This document shows positions 29,830 to 39,313 of a DNA stretch of 64,000 bases, one piece after another; within the stretch, counting starts at the first letter, position 1; every line of letters starts with the position of its first letter. Under the pieces are notes generated by a model. That model saw only the letters and a program-made list of their open reading frames with translations. It did not search any database and was not told the origin of the DNA. The DNA comes from an uncultured delta proteobacterium (GTDB lineage: Bacteria > Desulfobacterota > RBG-13-43-22). The stretch is from contig CAWBOS010000010.1 of the NCBI GenBank assembly GCA_963790475.1, forward strand, positions 224,001 through 288,000, read 5' to 3'. The position numbers and the translations under genes were made by a program.

Positions 29830-32280
29830 TTATTCGAAAACATTTTCCGAGAGGAGTTCGAAAAACTCCTCATCACTCATTTTCAGAAATTCACGGCAGA
29901 CCAATTCCGTATGCTCGCCCAGGCAGGGAGAGGGCATGTCCATGCGAAGCGGCGTAAGAGAAAGACGAAAAGGAGGACTGTCATAATTTACATTTCCCAT
30001 TTCCTGGTGTCTCATCAGGACCAGATGTCCCCGGTGGGCCAACTGGGGGTCCTCATGGACATCCCGGCCGTTTTTCACCATCCCGGCGGGGACACCGCAT
30101 GACTGCAGGAGATTCATCAGATCTTCGACCGAGTATTGGATGGTCCAGGCGGCGATTCGTTGATCGATTTCATCCTCATTCAATTTCCTTGACTTAAGGG
30201 AGGAGAAATTTTCGTTTTCCGCCCAGGCCGGGTTCCCCATTACGCATTTAAGCGCTTTCCATTCCTTTTCATTGAAAACCGAAATGAGACACCAGCGATC
30301 CTCTCCCCGGCAGGGATAGGCCCCATGGGGGCAGGAGTCGGGGTGACGGTTCCCCATAGCCCTCAAGACCCGTTTGTTGGCTGCGTAGTCCAGAAGGGCC
30401 GGGATCAGCATCTGCTGTGATGATTCGAGCTGCGACAAATCGATACAGAGGCCTTTGCCTGTCCTTCTTTTGTAATCCAGCCCGGCCAGGACCCCGATGG
30501 CAATAAAACCCGCGGCGGGAAAATCGGAGTAGGGCGCGGCAGACCCGACCGGAACACGGTCCGGCCACCCCACCAGATTAGAGAATCCGGCATAGGCCTG
30601 GAGCATGGTGCCCAGACCGGTCTGATTGGCATAGGGCCCGGTTTGTCCCATCATGCTAGCCCGGAGCATGACTATTTCAGGGTTGATCTTCTTGAGATCC
30701 TCATAGGCCAGGCCCCACCGTTCCATGGTCCCGGGGGTAAAGTTTTCCACCACCACATCCGCCCATTGCACCAGTTTTTCCAGCACCACCTTCGCCTTCG
30801 GATGTTTGGTATTAATGGCGAAGCCGTACTTCCCGTCGTTTAGATGGGCAAAGGTTCCGGAACGATTGATACCGGCAATGCCCTCCGGGAAAGGCGGGTA
30901 GTTGCGTAAAAAATCGATTCGCTGCTCCGATTCGACCCTGACCACGGTTGCACCCAGATTGGCCAGGTATTTGGTGGCCTTTGGTCCGGCAATGACCCAG
31001 GAAAAATCCAGAATTTTTATGCCCTCCAGCGCCGGCGACCCAATTTTGTCCGGGATAGAAGACCCGGGTTTTCCCTTAGGCGGTTCAGGCCCTTCCTTTG
31101 AATTAAAGTCCTCCCGATCGAGGACCTCCTGATTATGCTCCCCGATTCCGGGAGGTTTCTTCAGGCTGTAATTCATTCCCTGAATAAGGAACGGCGGACC
31201 GGGATGTTGAATCGCCCTGCCGGGCGAGGGATAGGAGACCTCCTTCCAAAAGGCCCTGGCCTTCAACTGCTCATTTTCATAAAGATCCTTCACCGTGCTT
31301 AAGGGAAAGAGAACAAAGCCGCGTTTGAGGGACTCCTGAAAAAGCTCCTCCTTGGTGTGTTCAAGAAAAAAGGCCTGCACGGGGATCTCAAAGCGATTGA
31401 TGTCTGTCTGAGAGAGTGTGGCCATATCCAATGCTTCCCAGGACACCTGAGACAGATCCGCCGCCCGGCCCGTTTCATTCATCCAGTCGAAGAGGGCCCC
31501 GGTCCATTTGCCCAGATTGGCGACGAAGATCCTCCAGCAGATCACCCCGTCTCGGCACGGCCATAGATTGCGGAAGGTAATGACCCCCCTTCCCATGCGG
31601 GAGCCTTCCCTCTGTTCCAGGAATCGCTGGATGTCCCAGTAGATGCGGGTGCTTCGGGCGGACTGGAAAACACTCTCCTGAATGGAGACGTCAATATGCT
31701 GACCAAGCCCGGTCCTTTCCCGGTAAAGATGGGCGGCCAGGGCGGCCATAGCTCCGTACATCCCTCCGAGGGGATAGGACTGTTCCGCCGTGAAACGCAA
31801 AGGCGCGCGATCCCGGTCTCCGCACAAGGTCATCTGCCCGCCCATGCCCATATTGATCAGATCCGAGTCCTTGAAATGGGCATAGGGACCTGTACTGCCG
31901 AAGGGGGTGATGGAAATCATGATTAAAGACGGATTCAAGGGGTGCAGGATATCAAAAGAAAGTCCCAGCCGCTCAAGAAAGCCCGGAGAAAAGGACTCGA
32001 TGAGGAATTTGGCCTTGCCGGCCAAACGCAGGAAACGGCTCCTGTCTTTTTCATGGTGAAGGTCCAGGGTAATGCTTCGCTTGGAAGTATTATAAGCGGA
32101 CCAATACAGGCTCTTTTCCGGGTCCGGGTCATCATCGATGAAAGGCCCTGTCCTCCGGGCCGGGTCTCCTTCCGGAGGCTCAATCTTAATTACGTCCGCC
32201 CCCAGATCAGCCAGTATCTTCCCGCAAAATTGACCGCGATGGTCGGCCAGATCGAGCACACGATAGGAATCCAAAAACAT
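29830..32280 (-). CDS. Two-domain family III CoA-transferase (CaiB/BaiF; BbsE-BbsF-like fusion)
   Basis: Two repeats: LADLGADVIKIEPP...NTSKRS and LANLGATVVRVES...NDGKYG; 816 aa. Confidence 0.92.
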   Translation of the reverse strand: MFLDSYRVLDLADHRGQFCGKILADLGADVIKIEPPEGDPARRTGPFIDDDPDPEKSLYWSAYNTSKRSITLDLHHEKDRSRFLRLAGKAKFLIESFSPGFLERLGLSFDILHPLNPSLIMISITPFGSTGPYAHFKDSDLINMGMGGQMTLCGDRDRAPLRFTAEQSYPLGGMYGAMAALAAHLYRERTGLGQHIDVSIQESVFQSARSTRIYWDIQRFLEQREGSRMGRGVITFRNLWPCRDGVICWRIFVANLGKWTGALFDWMNETGRAADLSQVSWEALDMATLSQTDINRFEIPVQAFFLEHTKEELFQESLKRGFVLFPLSTVKDLYENEQLKARAFWKEVSYPSPGRAIQHPGPPFLIQGMNYSLKKPPGIGEHNQEVLDREDFNSKEGPEPPKGKPGSSIPDKIGSPALEGIKILDFSWVIAGPKATKYLANLGATVVRVESEQRIDFLRNYPPFPEGIAGINRSGTFAHLNDGKYGFAINTKHPKAKVVLEKLVQWADVVVENFTPGTMERWGLAYEDLKKINPEIVMLRASMMGQTGPYANQTGLGTMLQAYAGFSNLVGWPDRVPVGSAAPYSDFPAAGFIAIGVLAGLDYKRRTGKGLCIDLSQLESSQQMLIPALLDYAANKRVLRAMGNRHPDSCPHGAYPCRGEDRWCLISVFNEKEWKALKCVMGNPAWAENENFSSLKSRKLNEDEIDQRIAAWTIQYSVEDLMNLLQSCGVPAGMVKNGRDVHEDPQLAHRGHLVLMRHQEMGNVNYDSPPFRLSLTPLRMDMPSPCLGEHTELVCREFLKMSDEEFFELLSENVFE

Positions 32281-32304
32281 ACCTGAGGCTCCTAATGAAT
32301 ACCG

Positions 32305-32375
32305 GTTTGAGGTTCAAGGCATGAGGTTTGAGGTTCGAGGTTTGTGTAGAATTATATACCCTATACCATACCCCT
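32305..32375. repeat. Degenerate heptamer tandem repeats
   Basis: TTTGAGG TTCAAGG CATGAGG TTTGAGG TTCGAGG; ATACCCT ATACC ATACCCC. Confidence 0.6.
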
Positions 32376-32379
32376 TGCT

Positions 32380-33939
32380 TTATGGTCTCATGGTAAAGGA
32401 GGCTTTTCCCGCCTTTCGAAGCGGAGCGGCGAGATTGACGAAATCCACCAACAGGTGGCGCGTCCAGCGGGGGTCGATGATCTCCTCGATCCAAAAGGTC
32501 TCTGCGGTACGAAAGGAAGAACGCAGCTTGTTGAGACGGGTCTCGATCTCTCGCAGTTTAATCTCAGGATCCGGAGCGCTTTCAATTTCCGCCCGGTAAG
32601 CGGCTTCGATGCCGCCTTCCAGGGGGAGGGAACCCCAGCGGGCGGAAGGCCAGGCATAACGCGTACAGAATCGGCCAGCGGGTTGATGGGCGCCACCGGC
32701 AACACCGAAGGCGTTGCGTAAAATAATGGAGCACCAGGGCACACTGGTCTGGTTGATGGCGCTCATGGCCCTGACCCCGTGGCGGATGGTGGCGGAACGT
32801 TCGGCATCAGGTCCCACAAAAAAACCGGGGCAATCAACCAGGTAAATGACCGGCAGGTGAAAGGTCTCAGCCAGATCGACAAACCGGGTGATTTTCATGC
32901 AGCAGTCGGCGGTCCAGGCGCCGGCAAAGTGATAGGGATCGCTGGCCATGAGGGCGATAGGCCAACCGTCTATCCGAGCAAACCCGGTAATCATCGAGCG
33001 TCCGAAGTTCCGGCCCATCTCGAAGAAGGACCCGCGGTCGATCATCGTTTCGATAATAGGCCGCATTTTGTAGACCCGGCGGATGTTTCTGGGGATCGCT
33101 TCTCCGAGCCAGTCGTCCAGGCGATTCGGATCATCCTCGACGGTTCCTCGTTCAGGCAGGCCGTAAACAGAATCAGGCAAATAGGATAAGAACCGCTTGG
33201 CGGACTCGATGGCCTGCAGTTCTGTATCTGAGGCCTCATCGACTGCACCGCAGCGGGTTTGAATCTGCCAACCCCCAAGTTCGTCCCGGGTCAGGTGATA
33301 ACCGAGGGCATTGACAACCGGGGGACCGGCCACAAATAACTGTGAAGTATTTTTGACCATCACTGAATAATGACTGGCGGCCATCCGGGCGGCCCCCAGG
33401 CCGGCCACCGGACCCAACCCGAGGCTGACGCAGGGAACGGTACCCAAGTTGTCAGTGACGAGGTCATATCTGGTTGACTGGCCGACCCCCCCCGGTAAAT
33501 TCGCCCGTCCTTTGGTCTCGATCGTTTTAACCGAGCCGCCGCCCCCCGAGCCTTCAATAAGGCGGACGATAGGGATATGGAGTTCCTGAGCCATGTGCTC
33601 GGCCATGAGGTTTTTCTCTTTGATCGTGGCATCGGCTGAACCCCCCCTGACCGTAAAGTCATCGCCGACCACGACAACCGGCCTTCCGTTGATAAGGCCC
33701 CTGCCCAGGAAAGAGTTGGAAGGCATTAAATCAATAAGATCGTTATTCCCATCGTAAACCGCCTGGCCGGCAATGGTCCCGATTTCATGCAAAGATCCCT
33801 GGTCGAGCAGCAGGCCCACTCTTTCCCGGATGGTCAACCGTCCGGCTTCGTGTTGGCGTTTAACCTTGTCCTCCCCTCCCATACGTTTAGCGAGCTTCTC
33901 CCGCTTGGCCAGTTCATCAAGCTCCGGTTGCCAGGTCAT
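32380..33939 (-). CDS. Acyl-CoA carboxylase/decarboxylase carboxyltransferase subunit
   Basis: GRLTIRER, DDFTVRGGS, FVAGPPVV, DCPGF, IIDPRWTR; AAGGAG before ATG 33939. Confidence 0.92.
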   Translation of the reverse strand: MTWQPELDELAKREKLAKRMGGEDKVKRQHEAGRLTIRERVGLLLDQGSLHEIGTIAGQAVYDGNNDLIDLMPSNSFLGRGLINGRPVVVVGDDFTVRGGSADATIKEKNLMAEHMAQELHIPIVRLIEGSGGGGSVKTIETKGRANLPGGVGQSTRYDLVTDNLGTVPCVSLGLGPVAGLGAARMAASHYSVMVKNTSQLFVAGPPVVNALGYHLTRDELGGWQIQTRCGAVDEASDTELQAIESAKRFLSYLPDSVYGLPERGTVEDDPNRLDDWLGEAIPRNIRRVYKMRPIIETMIDRGSFFEMGRNFGRSMITGFARIDGWPIALMASDPYHFAGAWTADCCMKITRFVDLAETFHLPVIYLVDCPGFFVGPDAERSATIRHGVRAMSAINQTSVPWCSIILRNAFGVAGGAHQPAGRFCTRYAWPSARWGSLPLEGGIEAAYRAEIESAPDPEIKLREIETRLNKLRSSFRTAETFWIEEIIDPRWTRHLLVDFVNLAAPLRKAGKASFTMRP

Positions 33940-34352
33940 AATCATTCTCCTTAAATAGTTTCACCTCCGTTATTTCCGGATGGAAGCTATAGGGTTATTA
34001 AAATTTCAAATCCGAAGTCCCGGTTTTATTCCCATCCGGGATTGGGGTCTTAGAAAACCGCCAGACCTGAGAGATTTGAAAAATGTCCCTTTGGCCCAGT
34101 CTCTGCCTGACCTTGAACAAAATTCATTATTTTTATAAGCTCCCGCCTATATTTTCAAAAAGAATATGTTTTGTTCGGGAGTAGTTTAAGATGTGTCTTA
34201 GAAAAGAGTCAAGGGGAAAAAAGAGTTCCCATTCATCTCCGGAGCCGGGAGGGAGGGATGGATCTACGAAAAAATAGGGAAGAATGATGAGGGGTGTAAT
34301 CCCCCCGGGTTTGGATCCCGATAACTATTCTTTTTTATTTTTCATTTTTTTA

Positions 34353-34381
34353 TTGACAATTTATGGTGATGAATCTATCTA
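34353..34381 (+). promoter_or_regulatory. Putative sigma70 promoter of the transporter leader
   Basis: TTGACA-N17-TATCTA after a T-rich tract. Confidence 0.45.
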
Positions 34382-34549
34382 TTCAAAAACAAGAATAAGG
34401 TTGATTCTTAAAGATAAATTTACCTAACGTTTCAATCTAATTATCAAAAGGCAAACCCGAGCAGGGAACCGCAACGTAACTATTCACACAGATTAAATTA
34501 ATCGGTTTTTTTTGACATCTCAAAAAAGGAGAAGTCAATGGAATACCTG

Positions 34550-34590
34550 AAGGCCCCATTACTGAAAAGAAGTGATGGGGCCTTTTTTTT
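34550..34590 (+). terminator. Strong intrinsic terminator inside the 5' leader (attenuator-like)
   Basis: AAGGCCCCATTACT-gaaaaga-AGTGATGGGGCCTT plus T-run, ~150 nt upstream of the gene on the same strand. Confidence 0.7.
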
Positions 34591-34736
34591 AAGGAGGTGA
34601 TCCTTTACCAGAAGAAACTTTTCAAATGAAGTTCAATGGATAGTGGCGAACGCCGGGTAATTGCTATCAAAAGGGGACCAATTATTTAATTTTGGTGAGT
34701 CCCACGGGAACATTTTTGAAAAGAAGGAGACAGCGC

Positions 34737-36182
34737 ATGGAAGAAACAAAACATGGCGTAAGCGAAGACTGGATGTCATTATGGATCGGACTGTTTATAT
34801 TCATTCTGTCCCTGGGGATATTTGTCGGGGCTGACATCCTTGGATTTGGAATAAACATTGCAGTATGGACGAATTTATCAAAGGCATTAAGTCCTATATC
34901 TAAAGCTTATACTGGTCTTGGTGGTGTAGGATCTCTTGTTTCGACCTATCTATTTCTCCTCATTATCATGACTATTAGTGCAATAGCCTTGAAAGCCGAT
35001 ATTAAGCGGTTTATCGGAGGTTTTACCGCCGTATTCTTGATTAGCTATATCTGTTGGATCATCGGAAGCTGGGCTCACGTGGCTGCAACAATACCCCCGG
35101 ATATGAAGAAATTCGGAATTACCTGGTCGTTAAAACTGACTCCTGAAGGGGGGTTTATTGTTGCACTGGTCGCTGGATTGATTGTTGGCAATTTTTTCCC
35201 TGGTTTTGCAGAAGCTATAAAGGAGGGTGTAAGGCCTGAATTATACATCAAGACCGCCATCGTCATCCTGGGTGGATTTTTGGGTATAACCGCGGCTGAA
35301 AAGTTGGGATTGGCCACAGCAGTAATGTTCAGAGGTCTGTGTGCTATTGTCGAGGCTTACCTGATTTACTGGGCTTTGGTCTATTTCATTGCCAGGAAAT
35401 ACTTTAAGTTCAGTCGGGAATGGGCAGCCCCCCTTGCTTCAGGTATATCGATATGCGGTGTGTCCGCGGCTATAGCCACGGGTGCCGCAATAAAGGCCAG
35501 GCCAAAGATCCCCATCATGGTATCTTCACTGGTGGTCGTTTTCGCCGTTGTCGAGCTATTGGTACTTCCGTTTATTGCGGAAAAGTTTCTCTGGAAAGAA
35601 CCGATGGTCGCAGGGGCCTGGATGGGACTGGCGGTTAAGACCGATGGGGCGGCGGTTGCCAGCGGCGCTGTCACTGAGTCCCTTATAAGGGCCAAGACCC
35701 TCGCTATGACGGGGGAAAACTATAAGGAAGGCTGGATGATAGGAACAGCGGCAACCGTAAAGGTATTTATCGATGTTTTTATAGGTATCTGGGCCTTTAT
35801 CCTGGCTATAATATGGTGTTCCGTTATAGAATGTAAACCGGGGGAAAAGGTCCGACCAGGTCAGATATGGGAGAGGTTTCCAAAGTTTGTTATCGGCTAT
35901 GTGATTACCTTCTTTATTATTTTATTTATCGGGATAAAATCGCCTGGGTTGATAAATAATGCAAAAGCAGCTATGGGGGAAGGTAATATCTTCAGGGTAA
36001 TATTCTTCGTGATGACCTTTTTCACCATCGGTGTCATGTCTAATTTTAAAAAGCTTTGGGAAGAAGGCATTGGCAAATTAGCCGCCGTTTATCTTTTATG
36101 TCTCTTCGGGTTTATAATCTGGATAGGGCTGTTCATCTCATGGATATTCTTCCATGGGGTGCACCCACCATTGGCAGGATAA
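34737..36182 (+). CDS. YeiH/putative sulfate exporter family membrane protein
   Basis: Multi-TM; YIKTAIVILG, SGISICGVSAAIA, FPKFVIGY; AGGAG before ATG 34737. Confidence 0.9.
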   Translation: MEETKHGVSEDWMSLWIGLFIFILSLGIFVGADILGFGINIAVWTNLSKALSPISKAYTGLGGVGSLVSTYLFLLIIMTISAIALKADIKRFIGGFTAVFLISYICWIIGSWAHVAATIPPDMKKFGITWSLKLTPEGGFIVALVAGLIVGNFFPGFAEAIKEGVRPELYIKTAIVILGGFLGITAAEKLGLATAVMFRGLCAIVEAYLIYWALVYFIARKYFKFSREWAAPLASGISICGVSAAIATGAAIKARPKIPIMVSSLVVVFAVVELLVLPFIAEKFLWKEPMVAGAWMGLAVKTDGAAVASGAVTESLIRAKTLAMTGENYKEGWMIGTAATVKVFIDVFIGIWAFILAIIWCSVIECKPGEKVRPGQIWERFPKFVIGYVITFFIILFIGIKSPGLINNAKAAMGEGNIFRVIFFVMTFFTIGVMSNFKKLWEEGIGKLAAVYLLCLFGFIIWIGLFISWIFFHGVHPPLAG

Positions 36183-36245
36183 AATGAATTTGAAAGAATT
36201 TCCGGGAAAATCATTTGACCTATCTGTGCCAGAAAGGAGCTATTT

Positions 36246-36410
36246 ATGTCTGAAGAACCTAAAATAGCAGAAGAGTTAAAAACGATGGAGATGGAGTACG
36301 AGCCCCTGCTCCCCGTGGAGAAAAAACTCATAGGTTACAGTTTGATAATTGGTGTTGTTCTTCTTGGACTACTTGTCTGGGTCAGTTATACCTTCTTCCC
36401 CGGACAGTAA
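36246..36410 (+). CDS. 54-aa single-TM protein (absent from the ORF track)
   Basis: AAAGGAG RBS; MSEEPKIAEELKTMEMEYEPLLPVEKKLIGYSLIIGVVLLGLLVWVSYTFFPGQ; followed by a hairpin. Confidence 0.8.
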   Translation: MSEEPKIAEELKTMEMEYEPLLPVEKKLIGYSLIIGVVLLGLLVWVSYTFFPGQ

Positions 36411-36420
36411 AGGAATGTTC

Positions 36421-36452
36421 ATCATTGCAGCCCTTAGCAGGGCTGCAATGAT
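36421..36452. terminator. Hairpin between convergent operons
   Basis: ATCATTGCAGCCCT-tagc-AGGGCTGCAATGAT. Confidence 0.65.
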
Positions 36453-36538
36453 GAAGAAAAGGGAACAGATTTATTATTTCGACTTAACGAGAACCGTCCC
36501 TTTAAGAGCTTTGAAGAATGTCCAAGGCTCTCAGGTTA

Positions 36539-38932
36539 TCAAGGGTTGAGCTCCAGCGTGTGGCGGGCATGTTTCTTGATGGCCTCATCGCTGAACCACC
36601 AGTACACTTTATCTCCATTCATGAAAGGCTTAACCTGATCTTTGAAATGGGAGTCGAAGCGGCGGGCCGAGACCCCGCCCGGTAAGACGGCCATGATCCG
36701 GTCTTTGTCGGCCAGGTCGACGACCATACGCAAAGAGGCCGAAATGGTGACAGCGAAAGGCCGGCTGAAGTCATACATAGCGCGATAAAGGGTCTCTTGC
36801 GAACCTCCCATGGGATGGGAGCCGCCGCCGAGAAGCCCTTTCCCGAACCCTTGGCGGCGGAGGGGGTGGACCAGTTCAAGCTGGTGCGCCTTCCCCCATA
36901 ACCACTTTTCCGGATCCCGGCCGAGGATCGGACTTATCTCTTGGATGGCTGCAAGTCCGGCCTGATGGAATAGATCATCTCTGGTTTCCCGCACCTCTTT
37001 TGTTTTCCAATTATCAAACCAGGGGGAGGTCCCTTTGATGACCATGGCCTGAAGCCGTTCCTGCCAAAAGTACCAGTCGTCCAGCAAAGTGCCGGCCAGT
37101 TCCCGACCCAATTTATCTGTAAAAACGAGTAGAGCGAACTGCCGGTAAACGGCCTGAAAAATGGTCGGGGCCGCCACTTCAGGATCATCCTGAAAATTCC
37201 AGCGGCTGAGAATATCGGCCAGGACCTTGGTGTCTTCATGGGCTTTGAGGGCCTGGGTCATGATCGGGGTGATCTCCCGGGCCATCAGGTTCAGGGTGTC
37301 CCTTTGAAAACCCCAGTGACTTTCGGCAGGCTTCATTCCCGGCGCATCCAGAAGTTGACTTAAGCGCCGATAGCGGTAGGAGGGAGAAAAATGGGATGAA
37401 TAATAATAGGGGTAGTCCTCGGTGACGGTTTTATGGTTGCAGGTCCCCAGCCAACCCCTTTCCGGGTTATAGGATTGGGGCATCTTTTCAAAAGGGATCC
37501 ATCCCGTCCAGTTGTCCCGGCCGTCGCGGACGATATAGGGCAGGGTGCCTTCTCCCTGAGACCGGATAGGCAGTTTTCCGGAGGTCTGCCAGCCTATATT
37601 CCCCTTCGTATCGGCAAAAACAAAATTGAGAGTTATCCAATTCACCTCTTTGAGGGCCTCCCGAATCTCATCGACGGACCTGGCCCGTTGGACCTTGTCC
37701 AGCCCCAGAGAAGGTCCCATGGTTTCAAAGGGCGCCCAGCGGAGAGTGAGAACCCGATCGGTTTTCAATCCGGGGATGATTTCAGATATGACCGGGCCTC
37801 TCTTGGTCATCCTGATCCGGACCGTCTCTTTTCGATAGCCTTCAGTCGCCTTTTTATCCTTGATCTTGAGGGTTTCTTCAATCCATTGAAAGGGCAGGGA
37901 TACCCCGCCTTCCAGGTATCGATCGGGATTTTTGGGATCGATGGTTTCGACATACAGGTCCTGAGTATCCCCATAGCTATTGGTCATTCCAACGGCGATA
38001 TAATCGCTTCTCCCGATGGTTAAGGACGGGGTGCCCGGTATACAGACCCCGACAAATCTCATTTCCGGAGTAATGATGCCGACAGGATACCAGGGACCGG
38101 GGAGCATCCTGGCGTCCAAATGCGGATCGTTGGCCAGAATGGGTTTTCCCCCCGGAGAGAACTTCGGACCCACGGCCCAATTATTGCTGCCTATGTGCAG
38201 AGGACCCCGTTCCAGATAAGCCAGGAGACCCCGATCAAGCCCGAGATTCAAACCCAAGGCCTCTCTATTCCATTGTAAGGCAACCTGCTGGGAGTTTTTA
38301 TGATCATCCGGATTGATATTGAGCGGAAAAATCTCTTTGGCTTTTTCCAAACCGATTTTGTCGACCAGCATCTGGGCGATGATCTCGGTTTGCAAATTAG
38401 CCGATAATCCCCAGCTCACAAAATACATGATGGCTAATGAATCTTCGATACGCCAGGGTTGGGGTACAATGCCGGCGAGTTTAAACTCCAGAGGAAAGGT
38501 CTTGGACCCTTCTTTGATATAGAGATTAATACCATCCAAGTATCTTTGAAAATTACGTCTGGTTGGGGCATCCAATAACCGGGCATGCTTTTGGGCCTGG
38601 CGAAAAAAACCGATGGTTCGCATGCGGACGTCGATGGGCTCGGCCTCTTTACCGGCCATCTCACAAAGACGTCCCTCAGAAAAAAGCCGGGTCACCTCCA
38701 TTTGAAACAATCGATCCTGCGCGGTGACATACCCCTGGGCCAACAGGGCATCATCGATGTTCCGGGCATAGATGTAGGCCATCCCTTTCTCGTCGCGTAA
38801 AACGGTCCCCTTTTCTTTCAGTCCGGAAAGGGTAAGTTTTCCATCTCTCTGGTATCGGCCGGTGAAAAACCATCCGCCGAGAGCACCGGCCACAAGCAGA
38901 ACCCCGATTATGATCCATAGTTTGATCTTCAT
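36539..38932 (-). CDS. Penicillin acylase family (Ntn-hydrolase) protein
   Basis: N-terminal anchor, AQGYVTAQDRLFQME, GSNNWAV autoproteolytic Ser, LANDPHL, SASLRMVVD. Confidence 0.93.
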   Translation of the reverse strand: MKIKLWIIIGVLLVAGALGGWFFTGRYQRDGKLTLSGLKEKGTVLRDEKGMAYIYARNIDDALLAQGYVTAQDRLFQMEVTRLFSEGRLCEMAGKEAEPIDVRMRTIGFFRQAQKHARLLDAPTRRNFQRYLDGINLYIKEGSKTFPLEFKLAGIVPQPWRIEDSLAIMYFVSWGLSANLQTEIIAQMLVDKIGLEKAKEIFPLNINPDDHKNSQQVALQWNREALGLNLGLDRGLLAYLERGPLHIGSNNWAVGPKFSPGGKPILANDPHLDARMLPGPWYPVGIITPEMRFVGVCIPGTPSLTIGRSDYIAVGMTNSYGDTQDLYVETIDPKNPDRYLEGGVSLPFQWIEETLKIKDKKATEGYRKETVRIRMTKRGPVISEIIPGLKTDRVLTLRWAPFETMGPSLGLDKVQRARSVDEIREALKEVNWITLNFVFADTKGNIGWQTSGKLPIRSQGEGTLPYIVRDGRDNWTGWIPFEKMPQSYNPERGWLGTCNHKTVTEDYPYYYSSHFSPSYRYRRLSQLLDAPGMKPAESHWGFQRDTLNLMAREITPIMTQALKAHEDTKVLADILSRWNFQDDPEVAAPTIFQAVYRQFALLVFTDKLGRELAGTLLDDWYFWQERLQAMVIKGTSPWFDNWKTKEVRETRDDLFHQAGLAAIQEISPILGRDPEKWLWGKAHQLELVHPLRRQGFGKGLLGGGSHPMGGSQETLYRAMYDFSRPFAVTISASLRMVVDLADKDRIMAVLPGGVSARRFDSHFKDQVKPFMNGDKVYWWFSDEAIKKHARHTLELNP

Positions 38933-39208
38933 CTTTCCATTCTCCTGATCCGGTTTAATGGTTGGCCTGCCGATAGAATAACCTCTATGACCTCTTCGCA
39001 AATATTAAAAAGATTTGGATAGATTTTATGGGATTTAGATTATCCTGAAATGCGGTATAAGACAACTGGAAAAGCGGGATCAAGGAGAGAAGTATTACTG
39101 TAATCCGAAATTAAAAGGTGGATAGAATAACAGGTCTCTTTCGCGTGACTTGACACACTTAAAAATTTGTGATTACCATGAGTTAAATTTTTACAGAGGA
39201 GCCCAATA

Positions 39209-39313
39209 ATGACCTGGAAACCAAAGGTCGAGGAGCTCGAATTTAGAAAGAGACCGGCCGAAAAAATGGTCGGGCCGGAGCGAGGTAAATTGAAAATATG
39301 TCGGGACCGTTAA
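39209..39313 (+). pseudogene. 5' remnant of a carboxyltransferase paralogue
   Basis: GAGGAG RBS; MTWKPKVEELEFRKRPAEKMVGPE resembles MTWQPELDELAKREKLAKRMGGED of 32380-33939. Confidence 0.6.

Noticed and set aside
34446-34482. GGCAAACCC...GGG..CGCAA resembling a c-di-GMP-I riboswitch
   Set aside because: The stem is too short, and the GNRA loop and second conserved hairpin are not evident; needs an Infernal scan.
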